DNA from: Marsupella aquatica
Taxonomy: Eukaryota; Plantae; Marchantiophyta
DNA length: 64,000 nt
Assembly (NCBI GenBank): GCA_973895155.1
Contig: OZ316891.1
Coordinates: 18,687,048-18,751,047, forward strand
Reading direction: 5' to 3'
Positions 12,509-24,772 of the stretch are shown piece by piece (the first letter of the stretch is position 1; each line of letters starts with the position of its first letter). The translations under genes were made by a program, and so were the position numbers. Under the pieces are notes generated by a model, which ran no database searches, was not told the origin of the DNA, and saw only the letters and a program-made list of their open reading frames with translations.

Positions 12509-12835
12509 GTTGGAGTAGGGTCGAAATAATTCCGACCCAACTTATCAATGTTTAGTCAATTAAATCATTTTAAGACATATTGTTGGAGGAGGGTCGAAAT
12601 AATTCCGACCCGACTTGTAAATGTTTAGTCAATTCAATCATTTTAAGACATATTGTTGGAAGAGGGTCAAAATAATTCCGACCCAACTTGTAAATGTTTA
12701 GTCAATTCAATCATTTCAAGACATATTGTTGGAGGAGGGTCGAAATAATTCCGACCCGACTTGTAAATGTTTAGTCAATTCAATCATTTCAAGACATAAT
12801 GTTGGAGGAGGGTCGAAATAATTCCGACCCGGCTT
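12509..12835. repeat. Tandem array, 73-bp period, five copies of quasi-palindrome GGGTCGAAATAATTCCGACCC
   Basis: Palindromes start at 12518, 12591, 12664, 12737, 12810; one inverted degenerate copy at 12390. Confidence 0.95.
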
Positions 12836-12962
12836 GAATGTATTTAGGGTTTTGAGTGATTTTACAATATTTTTTGGAGGAGAGTCCAGATTTTGAAACA
12901 TGATTGTAACATGGGGAACTTAACAATTTCTAACTTTATTTGAATACAGATAGTCCGCTATC

Positions 12963-15900
12963 ATGATCAATTTTACACGAGGGGATGAAGTGTCATTGGT
13001 GATCGATGGATTTGAAACGGCAATTGGGATAGTTCAAAAGGTTGACCCCCAGGATACTATACAGAACATTTGTCTAGGGGACAATCGAATTGGGGTATTG
13101 ATCGAAAAGTGTTTTGATGGATCGCGTCAACTTCCATTTCCTTCGCCCAAATTTTCTACATTGGCTGAGGCAATTGACTCCTGCGTGATTTGGGATTGTG
13201 CATTGGCATACTTGAGGTCATCAACTCAGCACCGAAGAATCAATGTCGATGATTTCTCTTTGGCTGGAGATGCTGGAAATGATAAATCCAAAATTGATGC
13301 AAGGGTTGAAGAGGACGTGTTCAAGGAAGGAGATGAAGTTCAGATGTTCATTTTTGATCGATCAGTTGGTTGCAAATGGAGTCGTTTTCAAGACAAATCC
13401 GATGGATATTTGTCATACTGAAACACTCGGGGTTGGTCGCATCAGTATAAGAATATCTGATATTGTTAAGGGAAATCAAAAATTGCCATACTCGCACCCT
13501 GGTGCTGATACAATAGAAGAGGCCTTGCATACCTGGGTTATCTGGGATGTTGCCCATGTTTCTAGAAAGGGCACTCTACGAGATTTTGGCGTGTTTGGTA
13601 GTTCAAATATTTTCAATGATCTTCCATTAAAAGATTTTACACTACGTTCCAACTGGATGGCGAAGGAGGTTGATTTGTATGACGCTTCTCGTTGTCGAAA
13701 GGTTGCAACAGGTGTTATCACGGTCACATTTGAAACAGGTGCCGTTGACGATGAACTTCTTGGTGCAGATCATGTTGGTGTTGCTGTTGTGAATATCAAT
13801 GAACCCGGATTATTTCCAAATATCCGTGTTGGTACCCCTGGCTTGGTGAGGTGGGAAATCAAATCCCTTCTATTGATTTCGTCTCAAAGGTTTCTTGGGG
13901 ATATCCTTGAGGAAGTTTCAGAGAAGTGGATGGAGTCGGGTCAAACTAAGGGCGATCCGGATTCAGATGGTGATGGTAAACCTACAAAAAGACCATACAA
14001 TTTCATTAGGAGGACAAAAGTTGATCTTGAGGAGAGGAAGAAAAGGCATTTGGAGTCGAGGGCACTTTTGAAAATTAACGAGGAGTCCATTGATTCCATC
14101 CAAAGAGAAGGTTGTTGCAAGCTGAAGTGTTGCTTGAACATGCCCAGGGAGGACTTAGAGGCAATGAGGAGGGAATACCATGGAATGTCAAGTGACAACA
14201 AAACAAGTCACATCTTTAGTCTCTTTGGGTGTAGAGAGGAGCAAGTCAAGAGAAAGGGATTTTTTGTTCTAAAGGGACGTGTGGTTTGTAAAGATGCATT
14301 TATTAAAATGCATGGGTTCAGTACAACAAAGTACTATGACTACAAAAATCAATACGAAGCTGGTTGCACAATTGGTTTCCATGGAAATCAGGGACAACGG
14401 AAGACACGATCAAGCACTTTGCACGCTCGCGCTTTGTTGGAGTCCATTTTAATCCAAAATGGGGAACCAATGCCACATCTTCCCTATGGTGGGTCCAACG
14501 GCACTGACACTATTGAATATCGGCTCCCATCTTGTTTTACTAAGAAGGAGATTTTCCAAGAGGTGTTTACCAAGATGGAATTAGATGGGTTTGCTAAGGT
14601 TACTGAAGTTACTATGTACAACATCTGGAAAAACTCATTTGATAATTTTGACTTTCACAAGGGAAGTGCATTTGCCAAGTGCACATTTTGCACTAAGTTC
14701 AAAGATCAATTGATGCGGGAGAAGAGAAAAAAAGAGCGTGCAGAGATTGAAGAGAAAAGAGCGCGACATCTTCGTGAACAAATGTCAAGAAGATATGTTT
14801 ACTATGCTCATAGGGTTCTTGCAAAGAAGGATCCTCAAAACTATCTTTGCATTATTCACGATAAGATGGATCAAGCCAAGACTTGGATCCCCAGGTTGGT
14901 CCCCACTCCAAAATCCCTCTCTGGTAGTGGTCAGCCTTTGCCTATTGCCCCTGGGCCCTAAGTGTTACTAATACAGGGAGGACGTGCGAACATCGCAAGG
15001 GTGTTTTTAATGTAATGCAAACTAATTTTTATAATAGTTTTTAAAGTAGGCAACATCCCTGTATATATATTCAGCACAATATTAGTAATAAGGCTCTTAT
15101 CAAATACATGTCAGATTAATCTTATGCAAGGGTACCCAAAATGCCAAGTACACATGTCACTATATGGTTGGCACACATGTCATCACTTTACTTGCGCACA
15201 TGTTCATATAGTAAATCAGATATTTAATTATTTGTCGTCATAAGGCAAGTTTGGTTTCGTGGGCTTTAGGAACACTGAGAGGATAGTGCAGCCATGCTTG
15301 TCTGTATACTACAGGAAGAACTATAATTCTCTAGTACTAATTTTGTTTAACTATATAAAATATGTACCCTAAACAAAGGCGTAACATACAAGTCCCCTAT
15401 GCAAAATAAAGTCTTATCTATTTCAGTATGATATTTGCAATTTTAAAAATTCAAGGATGTTTTCAATTCCTTGAAAAACTATATTATAATTTACAAAAGG
15501 ATAAAATTTAATAGGAAAAGTTAATATTTTTACATTAACAAGGGGATTTTTTTTGTGAACAAAAATATTAAGAAGGGGTACATGGGGGGTGTCTGTTCTC
15601 AGGGGGGTTCACTTTATATAGTAAGAGTGAGGGCCCAGGGCCTATTGCTCTTACTGGGATGTTAACCCATGGAAGAGATCCTGGAGTGTATGCACATTTC
15701 AGTTTGACTGGACTTTGGCCTAGAGATGCAGACTTTACCGTGACATCTTTGGCCAAATGCCTCCGAGATTTGGAAGATTACACAGGAGACAAAACTGGAG
15801 ACCTTCTTGAGGGATTGAATTGGAATGCAACTAGGCCAATATTTCAGTCCCTTCTAGACTTTGAAGCATTTCTGGCCGGTTACTTGGAACCCAAAAATGT

Positions 15901-17382
15901 TTCAATTGTTCGATTTCAAGGCATTGAAGATGGTCAGGAGACTAAAAAGTCAAGCACAGTGGATGTTGGTTCTAAGGATGATCCTGAGACTACTAGGGGC
16001 TCTTTCAAGCCCTTACCAAGGCACCTAACGTTGCAGATGGACAATTCAGGGAAAGATAACAAAAATCAATATGTGATGACATTTTGCACTGAGCTTGTTA
16101 GCAGGGGGTGTTTGAAACTGTGCAAATGTCATTCCTCATGGTTGGCCACACCCATGAAGACGTGGATGCATTATTTTCTCAAGTATCCAAACAGGTCAGA
16201 TACAAAGAGGTTGCTACCCTCTTGGGGTTGATGGCTGAGGTTTGGGAGTGTGAAAGCATTCATCGTGTACCACGATTGATTCAAGAGGTTGCATCTTACA
16301 AGGAGTATTCGAAAACTTTCCAGGTGAAAGAGATAGAAGGTCACTCAAAACCAGTGGCATTTCTTTTCTCCATGAGGGATAATGTGCCAGTGTATCAATA
16401 TAAAGCACATGTCAAGCAACCTTGGCTTCCGGCAATGGGGAGGTCCATTTGGAGAACTGATCCCATCACAAATGCGCTCATTTTACCGGAAGGCCAACCA
16501 TTTGCAAAACCTATATCTGGGGATGTACAAAAGAAGGCTGGAGAAATCATCCCATTCCTTAATCGCTATATTGATTTCTTGAAGAAAAGTTCTAAGGATG
16601 AGACCTCTGCAGCATATAAAGAGAGATTTCCTCTGGTCAAATATTGGGAGAATCTTGTGCAAGCACTGTCCGAGGAACTTACAATAGAAGGGGAGGGGGA
16701 AAGACATTTGCCATTGACAACTGATTTTTGGCCAAAGACTAACCATGGTACAGGTTACAAGATGATTTTGGGGACATCTCAGCCGTCAAGTGAACCTTCT
16801 CAAAATCCAGAGATGATGGACCTTCAAAATGAGTACATGGAAGAGATGGAAGATCAAGCTGCACCCTTTGTTGGTGCACGACAAGAGCGAGAACCTGCAC
16901 GTTGGATTCCTCTACAAGATATTCAAGAAGGTCACTTTGTATTTTTACGTCCAGAGGATGAATGGGAACAGGAAAATGGCAAAGGGCGTTTCTGGTTGGT
17001 TCGAGCTTTGGGTGGTGTGGATCCAAACCATGAGGTTCCCTCAACAGATTTGCAACATATTGAAGGGTCTTCTTCAACGTCTGTTGAGAGCATTTCTCTT
17101 AGGAATGCTCCTATGTTCCAAGTACAATGGTGGAGGCCTAAACATGGTAAGCATGATGCAAAGGATGATGTTCGATATGAACGTTGCTTTCAAACCACTA
17201 AGACTTGGGAGCTGGATCCTGGGTTTGACAATGTTACTCAAAGTTGGCAGTTTGCAAATTCTGCAATGTATGGGTTTAAGTCAGGTGCTAAAGAACAAAA
17301 TATTATGGATAGAGGTTTGACAATTCCTAAGAATGTTTTGAAAACTCTCAAAATTTACATGGAAGGTATAATTGATGAGTAG
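12963..17382 (+). pseudogene. Sola1-like/DUF7869-type DDD transposase, ~1238 aa when repaired
   Basis: IIHDKMDQAK, LQMDNSGKDNKN, FLMVGHTHEDVDALFS; Cys motifs CCKLKCC and KCTFC..H. Removing a GATC duplication (13356-13363) and the MITE plus one TSD copy (700 bp), and adding one G at 16104-16108, gives one 3717-bp frame. Confidence 0.85.
14949..15640. mobile_element. 692-bp non-autonomous TIR element (MITE), 8-bp TSD, inserted in the transposase
   Basis: CCTATTGC at 14941-14948 and 15641-15648; imperfect ~22-bp TIR starting CCCTGGGCCCT; AT-rich non-coding interior; removal restores PLPIALTGMLTHG. Confidence 0.93.
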
Positions 17383-17952
17383 ATTGATAGAACTCGTAGG
17401 TTACAAGTCTCCACTCAAATGACTTGTGATTAAGAGGGTCGAGTTGATTTCCATGCGTTGGTCTAAAGTGAGAGAACAAGACAATCAAATTAATACTCTA
17501 TGATCTCTCAAAGCTATTGAATGGACTTTCTTATAATTATTATTTTATTTGTCTTAGTATATTTTAATTCTAGAAAATGATGCCATTTCATTCCTTCTAG
17601 TAGGTTGGATATCATCCTAGTTAACTTTGTCTAGACACTATAGTCATTCCATTGTATTGGTGCTTAGTTAGATATCTTACTCAAGCTAAATGTTTTGAAT
17701 ATAGATGCTATCCAAGCTTATATGTTATTACTAGATTCTATCTATTTTCCAACCAAATGAACACTTTTATCACCCAAATGTTTTTTAATATCATCCAATT
17801 TAATATTTTACTTTCCCAAAATTTCATTTTTTTGTCCCCAAATTTACATTTAATGATGCTTGAATTTTCATTTTTCATCTTCCAAATTTACAATTTTCAT
17901 GCCTAAAACTATGTTTTTAAATCGCCAAATTTCCCTATATCCTTTATAATTT

Positions 17953-17974
17953 CAGTTTTAATGAATATAGTGAT
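17953..17974 (-). repeat. Right TIR (22 bp)
   Basis: CAGTTTTAATGAATATAGTGAT is the reverse complement of the left TIR. Confidence 0.92.
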
Positions 17975-19350
17975 ATCACAAAAATTTGTCTTTTCTCAAA
18001 ACTTCTCATAAAACTCAGAACTCAACACCGCCGCGTAGCCCACGTAGCTAGGAGTCCAAAACTGAAAACAAAATTGAAAATAAACTTTGACAAAAAAGTT
18101 ATTCAGATTTCGGTCGGTGTGGGTAAAACCATGGAAAACTCCCTCGTTTTGACCACCTCCAAGAATCTCCGAAATGTGAATGGGCAATCGATGTCAAAAT
18201 TGCCAATGGAGTGCTGTACCGCATAGCTAACTCGAATAGCTACCACCTTTCCGAAAACAACTAGAAAAAGTTACCATTTTCTGGTACGAATTTTTGTCGT
18301 ACGGCCGAAAACACGCTCTCTGGTTTTTGAGAGTATTCTCCGCGCAGTACAGCAGGGCTCACAGGGGGCTGTTCCCCCTGTCGAAGCGGTTAAAACGGAG
18401 GGTCACAAGGCCTGGGATGCGGCACAACCAATGAGGAGGAGAGAAAAAAATGAGAAAAAAAGGCACTTTAAAGGGGTCTTAAAGCCCCTGGAAAAAATGC
18501 GCAAATTCGCGCGTATTCGTGGCCAAAAACGCGTATAAAGGCCAAAAAAAGGGTTTAAATGCACGTATTTTTGTGTATTCGGGCCGTACAAGGGCATTTT
18601 TTGCCGTATTTGCGCCAAAAAATGCACGTTTTCGCGCTTAAAGGGGTGTGGGGGGCCGGGGCGTATGGCGAAGCTGGTTTGTCGGGGTGTGAAGGTATAC
18701 GGGCCGTATGGGGGCAAAACAATGCCCTAAACTAACCTAAAAATGTGCCAAAAAATGACACAAAGGTCGTGTTACAAATCTCAGCCGCCTCCGCTTCGGT
18801 TTCCAATGAGAAAAGTGATGACCGCCGACATGAAAATGTTGTCAAATTGCACCGACACGTTTGCAGCTCCACCAGAGAAGAAAACCTCCGCCGCGTCACA
18901 CTCTCTCCGCGTCAAGAGCCTACCCCAAACTCAAAACAATCACCTTACCACGATCTCTCTGTTGAGCCTCAGCACTTCAAGTTTCCTCCATCGAATTGAA
19001 CGCAACGATGAGAAACCTCGTTCAGGCAAAAACAAACTCCATAGCTTGCCAAAAAACCAGAAAACAACTTTCACTCGTCATGAATCACTTGGTCCACGTT
19101 CAGGAGCAAGTCAGTTACCGAAATGATCAGCTCGTCTCAATCTACAAGTGGAGCAACACCATGTGACGCCTCGTGCACCGCAAAGCTCACACCAACGAGA
19201 AAACGAACTCTGGTCCCTCCACCAAAAAACCGTCGAACACGAAACTCCACGAAAAAATGATTTCCCCGATCACTTCTCACTCATAAATCCGATCGATGAT
19301 TTCTAACCGCCATTAGAAAGCCCTCACAACGATCTATCCGATGAGTCCCC
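17975..19350 (-). mobile_element. Probable 5' leader region of the interrupted copia element
   Basis: Contiguous with the gag ATG once the TSD-bounded insertion is removed; non-coding with GC-rich patches. No LTR or PBS identified, so the far boundary is a guess. Confidence 0.4.
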
Positions 19351-20158
19351 CTCAAACAAGTAAGTGCTTTTGATCCAGACCTCTGTTTCAAGTTTGAGTT
19401 CAAGGAGTGTCATATTGTTATTGGTTCCTTGATATGACCAAAGAGCAAAAACTTCTTATGGTCAGTATTGTTCAATTTTGCAGGAGGATATTGAGGTGAG
19501 TAAATTGACAACGATGATGAACCCCCCCATTTGGTGCAATGTTGGTAACTCTGTATCCCCGCAAGCAGATTGGTCTAGCTTGGATGGTGGATAGGGATGA
19601 GGAGGAATCTTGGTTGATGACCAGCCAGGCAATTCTTAAATCTATTTTGTTGAGATTGGAAAGTGGGGTTCATTCATGCTCTGACTTTAAAACTCAAAGA
19701 AAATGTAAAGGGTAGGGCAGCATGCACAAGCGGGCAGCTATGTACTCGAGACTCTTAATTAATTATTAAGCCTCGAGATTGATTCTTGTGTTGAATGATG
19801 ATGAAGCTATATCCAAATCATGCACATTCACTACTTCATTTTCAGCCCTTTTTCAGTACTTCATCAGCCCTTTCCAGACAGACGAAAGACCCAATTCTAT
19901 AAATAATTCAGTATTGTAATTATGCTAGGACTTTTTCAGGGACAATCATGAGTATTGACCATCCCACGAAAACTTCTGTAAGGTGAAATAAACATAAATT
20001 ACCTGAGAGACAAACAGCCAGTCCGATCACTCTCAGTCAGACTCTATATAAGGCTGTTCCATTGATAGTGAACGCAAGTGTTTTCTCTTGCTACCATTTT
20101 CGAATGTGAAAGGCAAATCGAGCTTCAACTCGAGCTCAACTCATTCACGCTACACGCA

Positions 20159-21788
20159 ATGGCTAATAACACTGCGGTTTGTAAGCCTCTGTTGCGAACA
20201 TATGTCGATCGAGATAACGGCCAAATCTGCACCTTTTTTACCGATCTGGGAGCCCCGGGTCATCCTGCAGCCGTGAGAATTCAAATCACACTTGGAACCC
20301 ACTGGCTTGGAGGATATAGATCATTGGTTCACTGAATGACTGTACTTGTGAGAAATGTTGTTCTACGGAAGTTCAAGAGACGCCTAAGTAATCTATATTT
20401 CCAGTCAAGGCTTTTCCTTCGATTTCAAATTGCATAACCATATTGTGGGTGCTGCAGATCGTCGACCCAGTTGCCGGCCTATTAGAGACACCTACGCAGA
20501 TGCTAAGGGAGATGGGGCTCAAGTTGGAGTACATCCTGCAGACTCATGTCCCGATTGACTACAAGTCTGGAGCTGCAGAGCTCAAGGTAGGCATTTCAGA
20601 CCTCAGGCTCGGTTCTACTGTGAAGTGTGAGTATTGTATGTTGGCTCCTCAAGCTCAAAACTAGCTGCGACCTCGCTTCTTGAAACTTGCAAGTTATGCT
20701 TACTAGCACGTACAGACGGATTTTTAAAAACATTCGGTTGTCGTGCATTTGCTTTAGCTAGAATGTTGGAGAGATCAACCAACCTTACCGTGGAATTTTC
20801 ACCCGTGTTAAACTATTTGCTGTGCAGAAGCTATTTCCAGAAGCGGCTACGGTGGCGTCCAAAGCAAGTGGAGCCCAAGCTGATATTTCGGTAGAGGGAG
20901 GGGACACACTTAAACTTGGAAACGTCGTTATTAAGGTCAGCTGTGCAGAAAATTTGCGTTTGTACCTACTCTTTCGAACACTGCTGATTAATAGTTTGTG
21001 ATGGATAGACATTTTGAGGATAAGGTAAATGGCCTTTGATGGTTCTAAACATTACTTGTTTGATCGATGCAGATTTTGGCGACTCCTGGGTATACAAAAG
21101 GCTGTGTCACGTACGTGACAGGCGATGGGCCCGGTCAAATCTATCCCCCATATGCCTTTACCGGTCTTTCTCTTCTTGTCAGAGGAAAAGGCAACACTGA
21201 CCATGAGGTAATTTAACAAGTCTACAGTCAGCCAGACCCAGAAATGTAAGAAGTCTTAGGATCAAATTTTCATAGGTACTCTGGAAATCAAAACACAGAT
21301 GTCGATTCGGACGTCAGAACTTCAGATTTCAACATATGTTATCGTACGTTGTAGGAGGAGATGCAGAGGAGCTCGCCAAGTCGGTGCACACACAGGTCAG
21401 AATTTGCAGTTTTGCTTCTCTGTGTATGGCTATATGTGGGTTCTGACGGTGGGCGCCTTCAGAATAATTTGATCTTTTCATTACTAAAAGGTGGTTGAAC
21501 TAATATGACAGATCTTCAAGCTTCACCGGAACACGCATCTTATACCAAGCCTCGTCAACGGCAGATCTGGCTACGTTGTGAGAAAACATTACTTGAAAAC
21601 TGTATCAAATTCATTTGACTCCAACAGTTTTAATAGGATCAGTACTTCACAGAACTATTTCATTCTAGGTAACCGTAACCCATATAACACGGAGTCTCAT
21701 GTTGTGAATGGTAATTGGCATGACATTTGTGCAGTCAACGACTGTTCGGGAAGAAATGGCGTTCAATCCATATTTCCGGACGAACTGA
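20159..21788 (+). CDS. ETHE1/GLX2-3-like metallo-beta-lactamase-fold protein (7 exons) lacking canonical metal ligands
   Basis: Exons: MANNTAVCKP..HPAA | IVDPV..LKLEYILQTHVPIDYKSG | KLFP..SKASGAQADI..GDTLKLG | ILATPGYTKGCVTYVTGDGPGQ..AFTGLSLLVRG | GGDAEELAKSVHTQ | IFKL..IPS | STTVREEMAFNPYF. GT-AG introns. Confidence 0.8.
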
Positions 21789-24569
21789 GCCTGCTGATCG
21801 TTGTACTGCATGAAAATACATCTTTGTCGCTACATAGATGCCTCGGGACGAAATGTCATACTATGAATATTTTCAGAATAAGTGAACTTCTTGATTGGTG
21901 TAGTGCTAGCTTGAACATACATCTTTGTGGCTACACAGAGCTAATTCCCTACAAGGAGACGAATGTTAGAGTTTTCAATCGTTCTACAGGAAATGATCTC
22001 TCTGTTGCAGCCCATCACAGAGATGTTTGCGAAAGTGAGCATTCGAAATGCGTAACTAGTGGGTTGCATTCATTTTACTTTACTGTTCATGATCAACAAT
22101 GAGTACAAAAGTTCTGATTTTTACATTTGCAACTGTGTCAAAGTGCGAACATAAGCTGAGCTGCTCATGAAATGCACTCTCATATATTTCTTGGAACGGT
22201 CCTGACCACCACCATGCTGTTCCACTGTTCTCTTTTGCTCCGCCTCGATGCGTCGTTCTCATTTGTTGTAGAGTACACAAATTTGACCACATTCTCTTAA
22301 GCGGAAGCAATACATGTGGGAGCAGGTCACACTGGGAGCAGGTCACTGTCCGCTCAGCTATACAGCCAATATGTACCCCTTGGTAATAACTCCAGAATCA
22401 CAAGAATTTTAAGCCGGCCATCATTCATAGAACATCTGTCACAAAAGTATTCCGTGGGCATTCATGGCTTACTTCTTGTTTAGACTGGTCATGATTTTGC
22501 AAACTTGGAGACTTTCTCTTCTCAAAAGCCTCTTAGAAACTCGTGTCCCCTGACAGGTAACAACCTCACAGTGTGACAACCACCTATGAAAGGGTTCAGT
22601 CAGCGACAATCCCCACTCAAAGAGGGAAAGGACGGCCAGAATGTGAGCCTGGTACAGCAGATACGAAAACAGTGTTCGCTCGAGGATCATTGTCTGCGTG
22701 CAAGAACAGAGTATTGAAGTCATTTGTGGTCAGACCATTGAAATATGCTTGGAATTCAGTATCCTGGACCAACGCCTCTCTCAATTTCTCAAACCATGAG
22801 AGCTGTAATGATGATCGCGTTAGGACCCGAAGACTTGCGGAGATCTGCCGCCACCATTGGGCTTCCTTCAGAGGAAAGAGTCACTCACTTGAGCCGTTCA
22901 GTGAGAACTAACGGCTACATTTGCTGGACTGCTGAGCTCAGTTTCTCTCCCTCCTCAAGTCCTCAGCCATGGTTGTGATACTCGTGCACGCCCTGTGTTT
23001 GTTTTATTTGACGACACCTTGGTGCACACGAATGCGCTCGAAAAGAGTTACACTTTCATAATAACACTAGCCCCACTACCCCCTTCTTTGACTAACGGAA
23101 AGTATAATAAAAGTGTTCCCAAATTATATTCTTTATTCATATTATTTTACCATTAATAAAATAATTTCAAAATTCATTATTTTAATAATTATTAATATAT
23201 CATTTTCTATCCACATTTTTCTTTCTATGCACAGATGTTCTGGTGGGACTATAGTGTCCATTTTTAAAATATTTAGAAATTATCACAAAAAATTTGTACC
23301 AATTGACATACATCATAGTCATGAGGTTTTCCCATGCACATGATGACCATGGAGTTACAGTCTAGAGTCTCTTCAAAGTAGACTTCAGTTGATGCTTTTC
23401 TAAGTGATTGGGCATTTAAGTGCGCATAAACAAAAATTATATAAAATAAATTTAGGTCAATCTCCTCTTGTGCTAATAGATGCGGCTCACTACACTTCCT
23501 AGCTCAATATTAATTTGTACAAGACAGAAAAACACAAATCACTATGGGCCACAGAAAGAGTTGATTTGCATCAACGGGCATCCATCAGACAATCTCAGAT
23601 TCCAGCCAAATCATACTGCAATTGCTGTACAAATTAGGAAGGGGTGTCCTGGCTTGCCCAATTACTCAATGAATGCAAAAATCATGATAATTTTCCTTCT
23701 GACTTCAACATGACCAAATCTTGTCTCTACTGACATGATTTGTGGGGGACAGTTGGTATGACTATTTTTACAAGAGTCCCTTCTTTGAAACTTTTCACTG
23801 ATGGATTGTTCCATGATCTGATGATGGCTTTAATTCATATGGCCATAAAGATCTATGTTTACTTATTTTTGTTGTATTGAAAGTCTGATGTGCACAGTCT
23901 TTACTTTGTATTGAGAGTTCAATGCTTTCCATAGGATGCTTGGTTCACATTTCCTAATGCTGTCCCTTGAGGACTAAATGCAATCTAGAGCCAAGCACAT
24001 CACCCTCCAAACATGGTTGTTCTCCCTTTACAGAGCTATTGAATGTCATTGAGTCTAATGAATGCAGCCTGCTGAGTCCTTGACTGAGTCTTTTTTATGT
24101 TGTGTGTTGTAATTCTCCAAGTGCAAAATTCAACTATGACTAGAGCATCTCAATTAGTGCAACTAAAAGTGTGACCTCATGTGAACTGTAATTAGAATGA
24201 TGCCAGAAATAATGTGACACACTATTTTATGTGAGAAGGAACATTTTAAGAGCTACGCAATTAGTGTGACTAACACTAGTTGCAGTGGGACAAGGCACCG
24301 CTTGAGCTGGCAAATCTTTTGAGACTGATTTTTATCCTTGGTGCCAATCCGCTTAGGCAGCTTACCAGTGAAAATTTCCTCTGCGTATATTACTCTCCCA
24401 TTTCAGCATCTAATCCAGTTTTCTCAAAACTTCCACATTTGGTCTTGACAATAACCGAAGCCATAACCTTTGGAGGTGGTCTCAGAGCAACCCTACCAGT
24501 TGAGCTATTTGGATGAATGGTGAGTTAGCTGGCAGGCCAAGTCAAAAAGAAACTAAGCGCGTGGAGGAC

Positions 24570-24772
24570 AGCCCCACCAGTTGATACTATCTGACTTTGG
24601 GAGAAAGACCACCATGGTCAGACAACACACTGTTTAGCTGCCTCCGTACTAGGGAATCTCAAACTTGCTCAAGCCCCACCAGTTGATACTATCTGACTTT
24701 GGGAGAAAGACCACCATGGTCAGACAACACACTGTTTAGCTGCCTCCTTACTAGGGAATCTCAAACTTGCTC
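24570..24772. repeat. Near-perfect tandem duplication, 2 x 102 bp
   Basis: AGCCCCACCAGTTGATACTATC...CTCAAACTTGCTC repeated at 24570 and 24672. Confidence 0.9.

Larger units (their letters stand above)
1855..17974. mobile_element. 16.1-kb TIR DNA transposon with Sola1-like transposase and cargo genes
   Basis: ATCACTATATTCATTAAAACTG at 1855-1876 and its exact reverse complement at 17953-17974; ATCA flanks both sides (1851-1854, 17975-17978); internal transposase gene. Confidence 0.9.

Noticed and set aside
1857-17972. Classification as a canonical plant CACTA/EnSpm element
   Set aside because: No 3-bp TSD (AAT versus ATA) and no TnpD-type transposase motifs; the 22-bp TIR with ATCA 4-bp TSD and Sola-like core fits better.
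19140-19230. Candidate copia primer-binding sites (TGGTGGAG..., TGGTGTTG... on the minus strand)
   Set aside because: Only short tRNA-end-like matches, no canonical Met PBS and no second LTR in the window to confirm.
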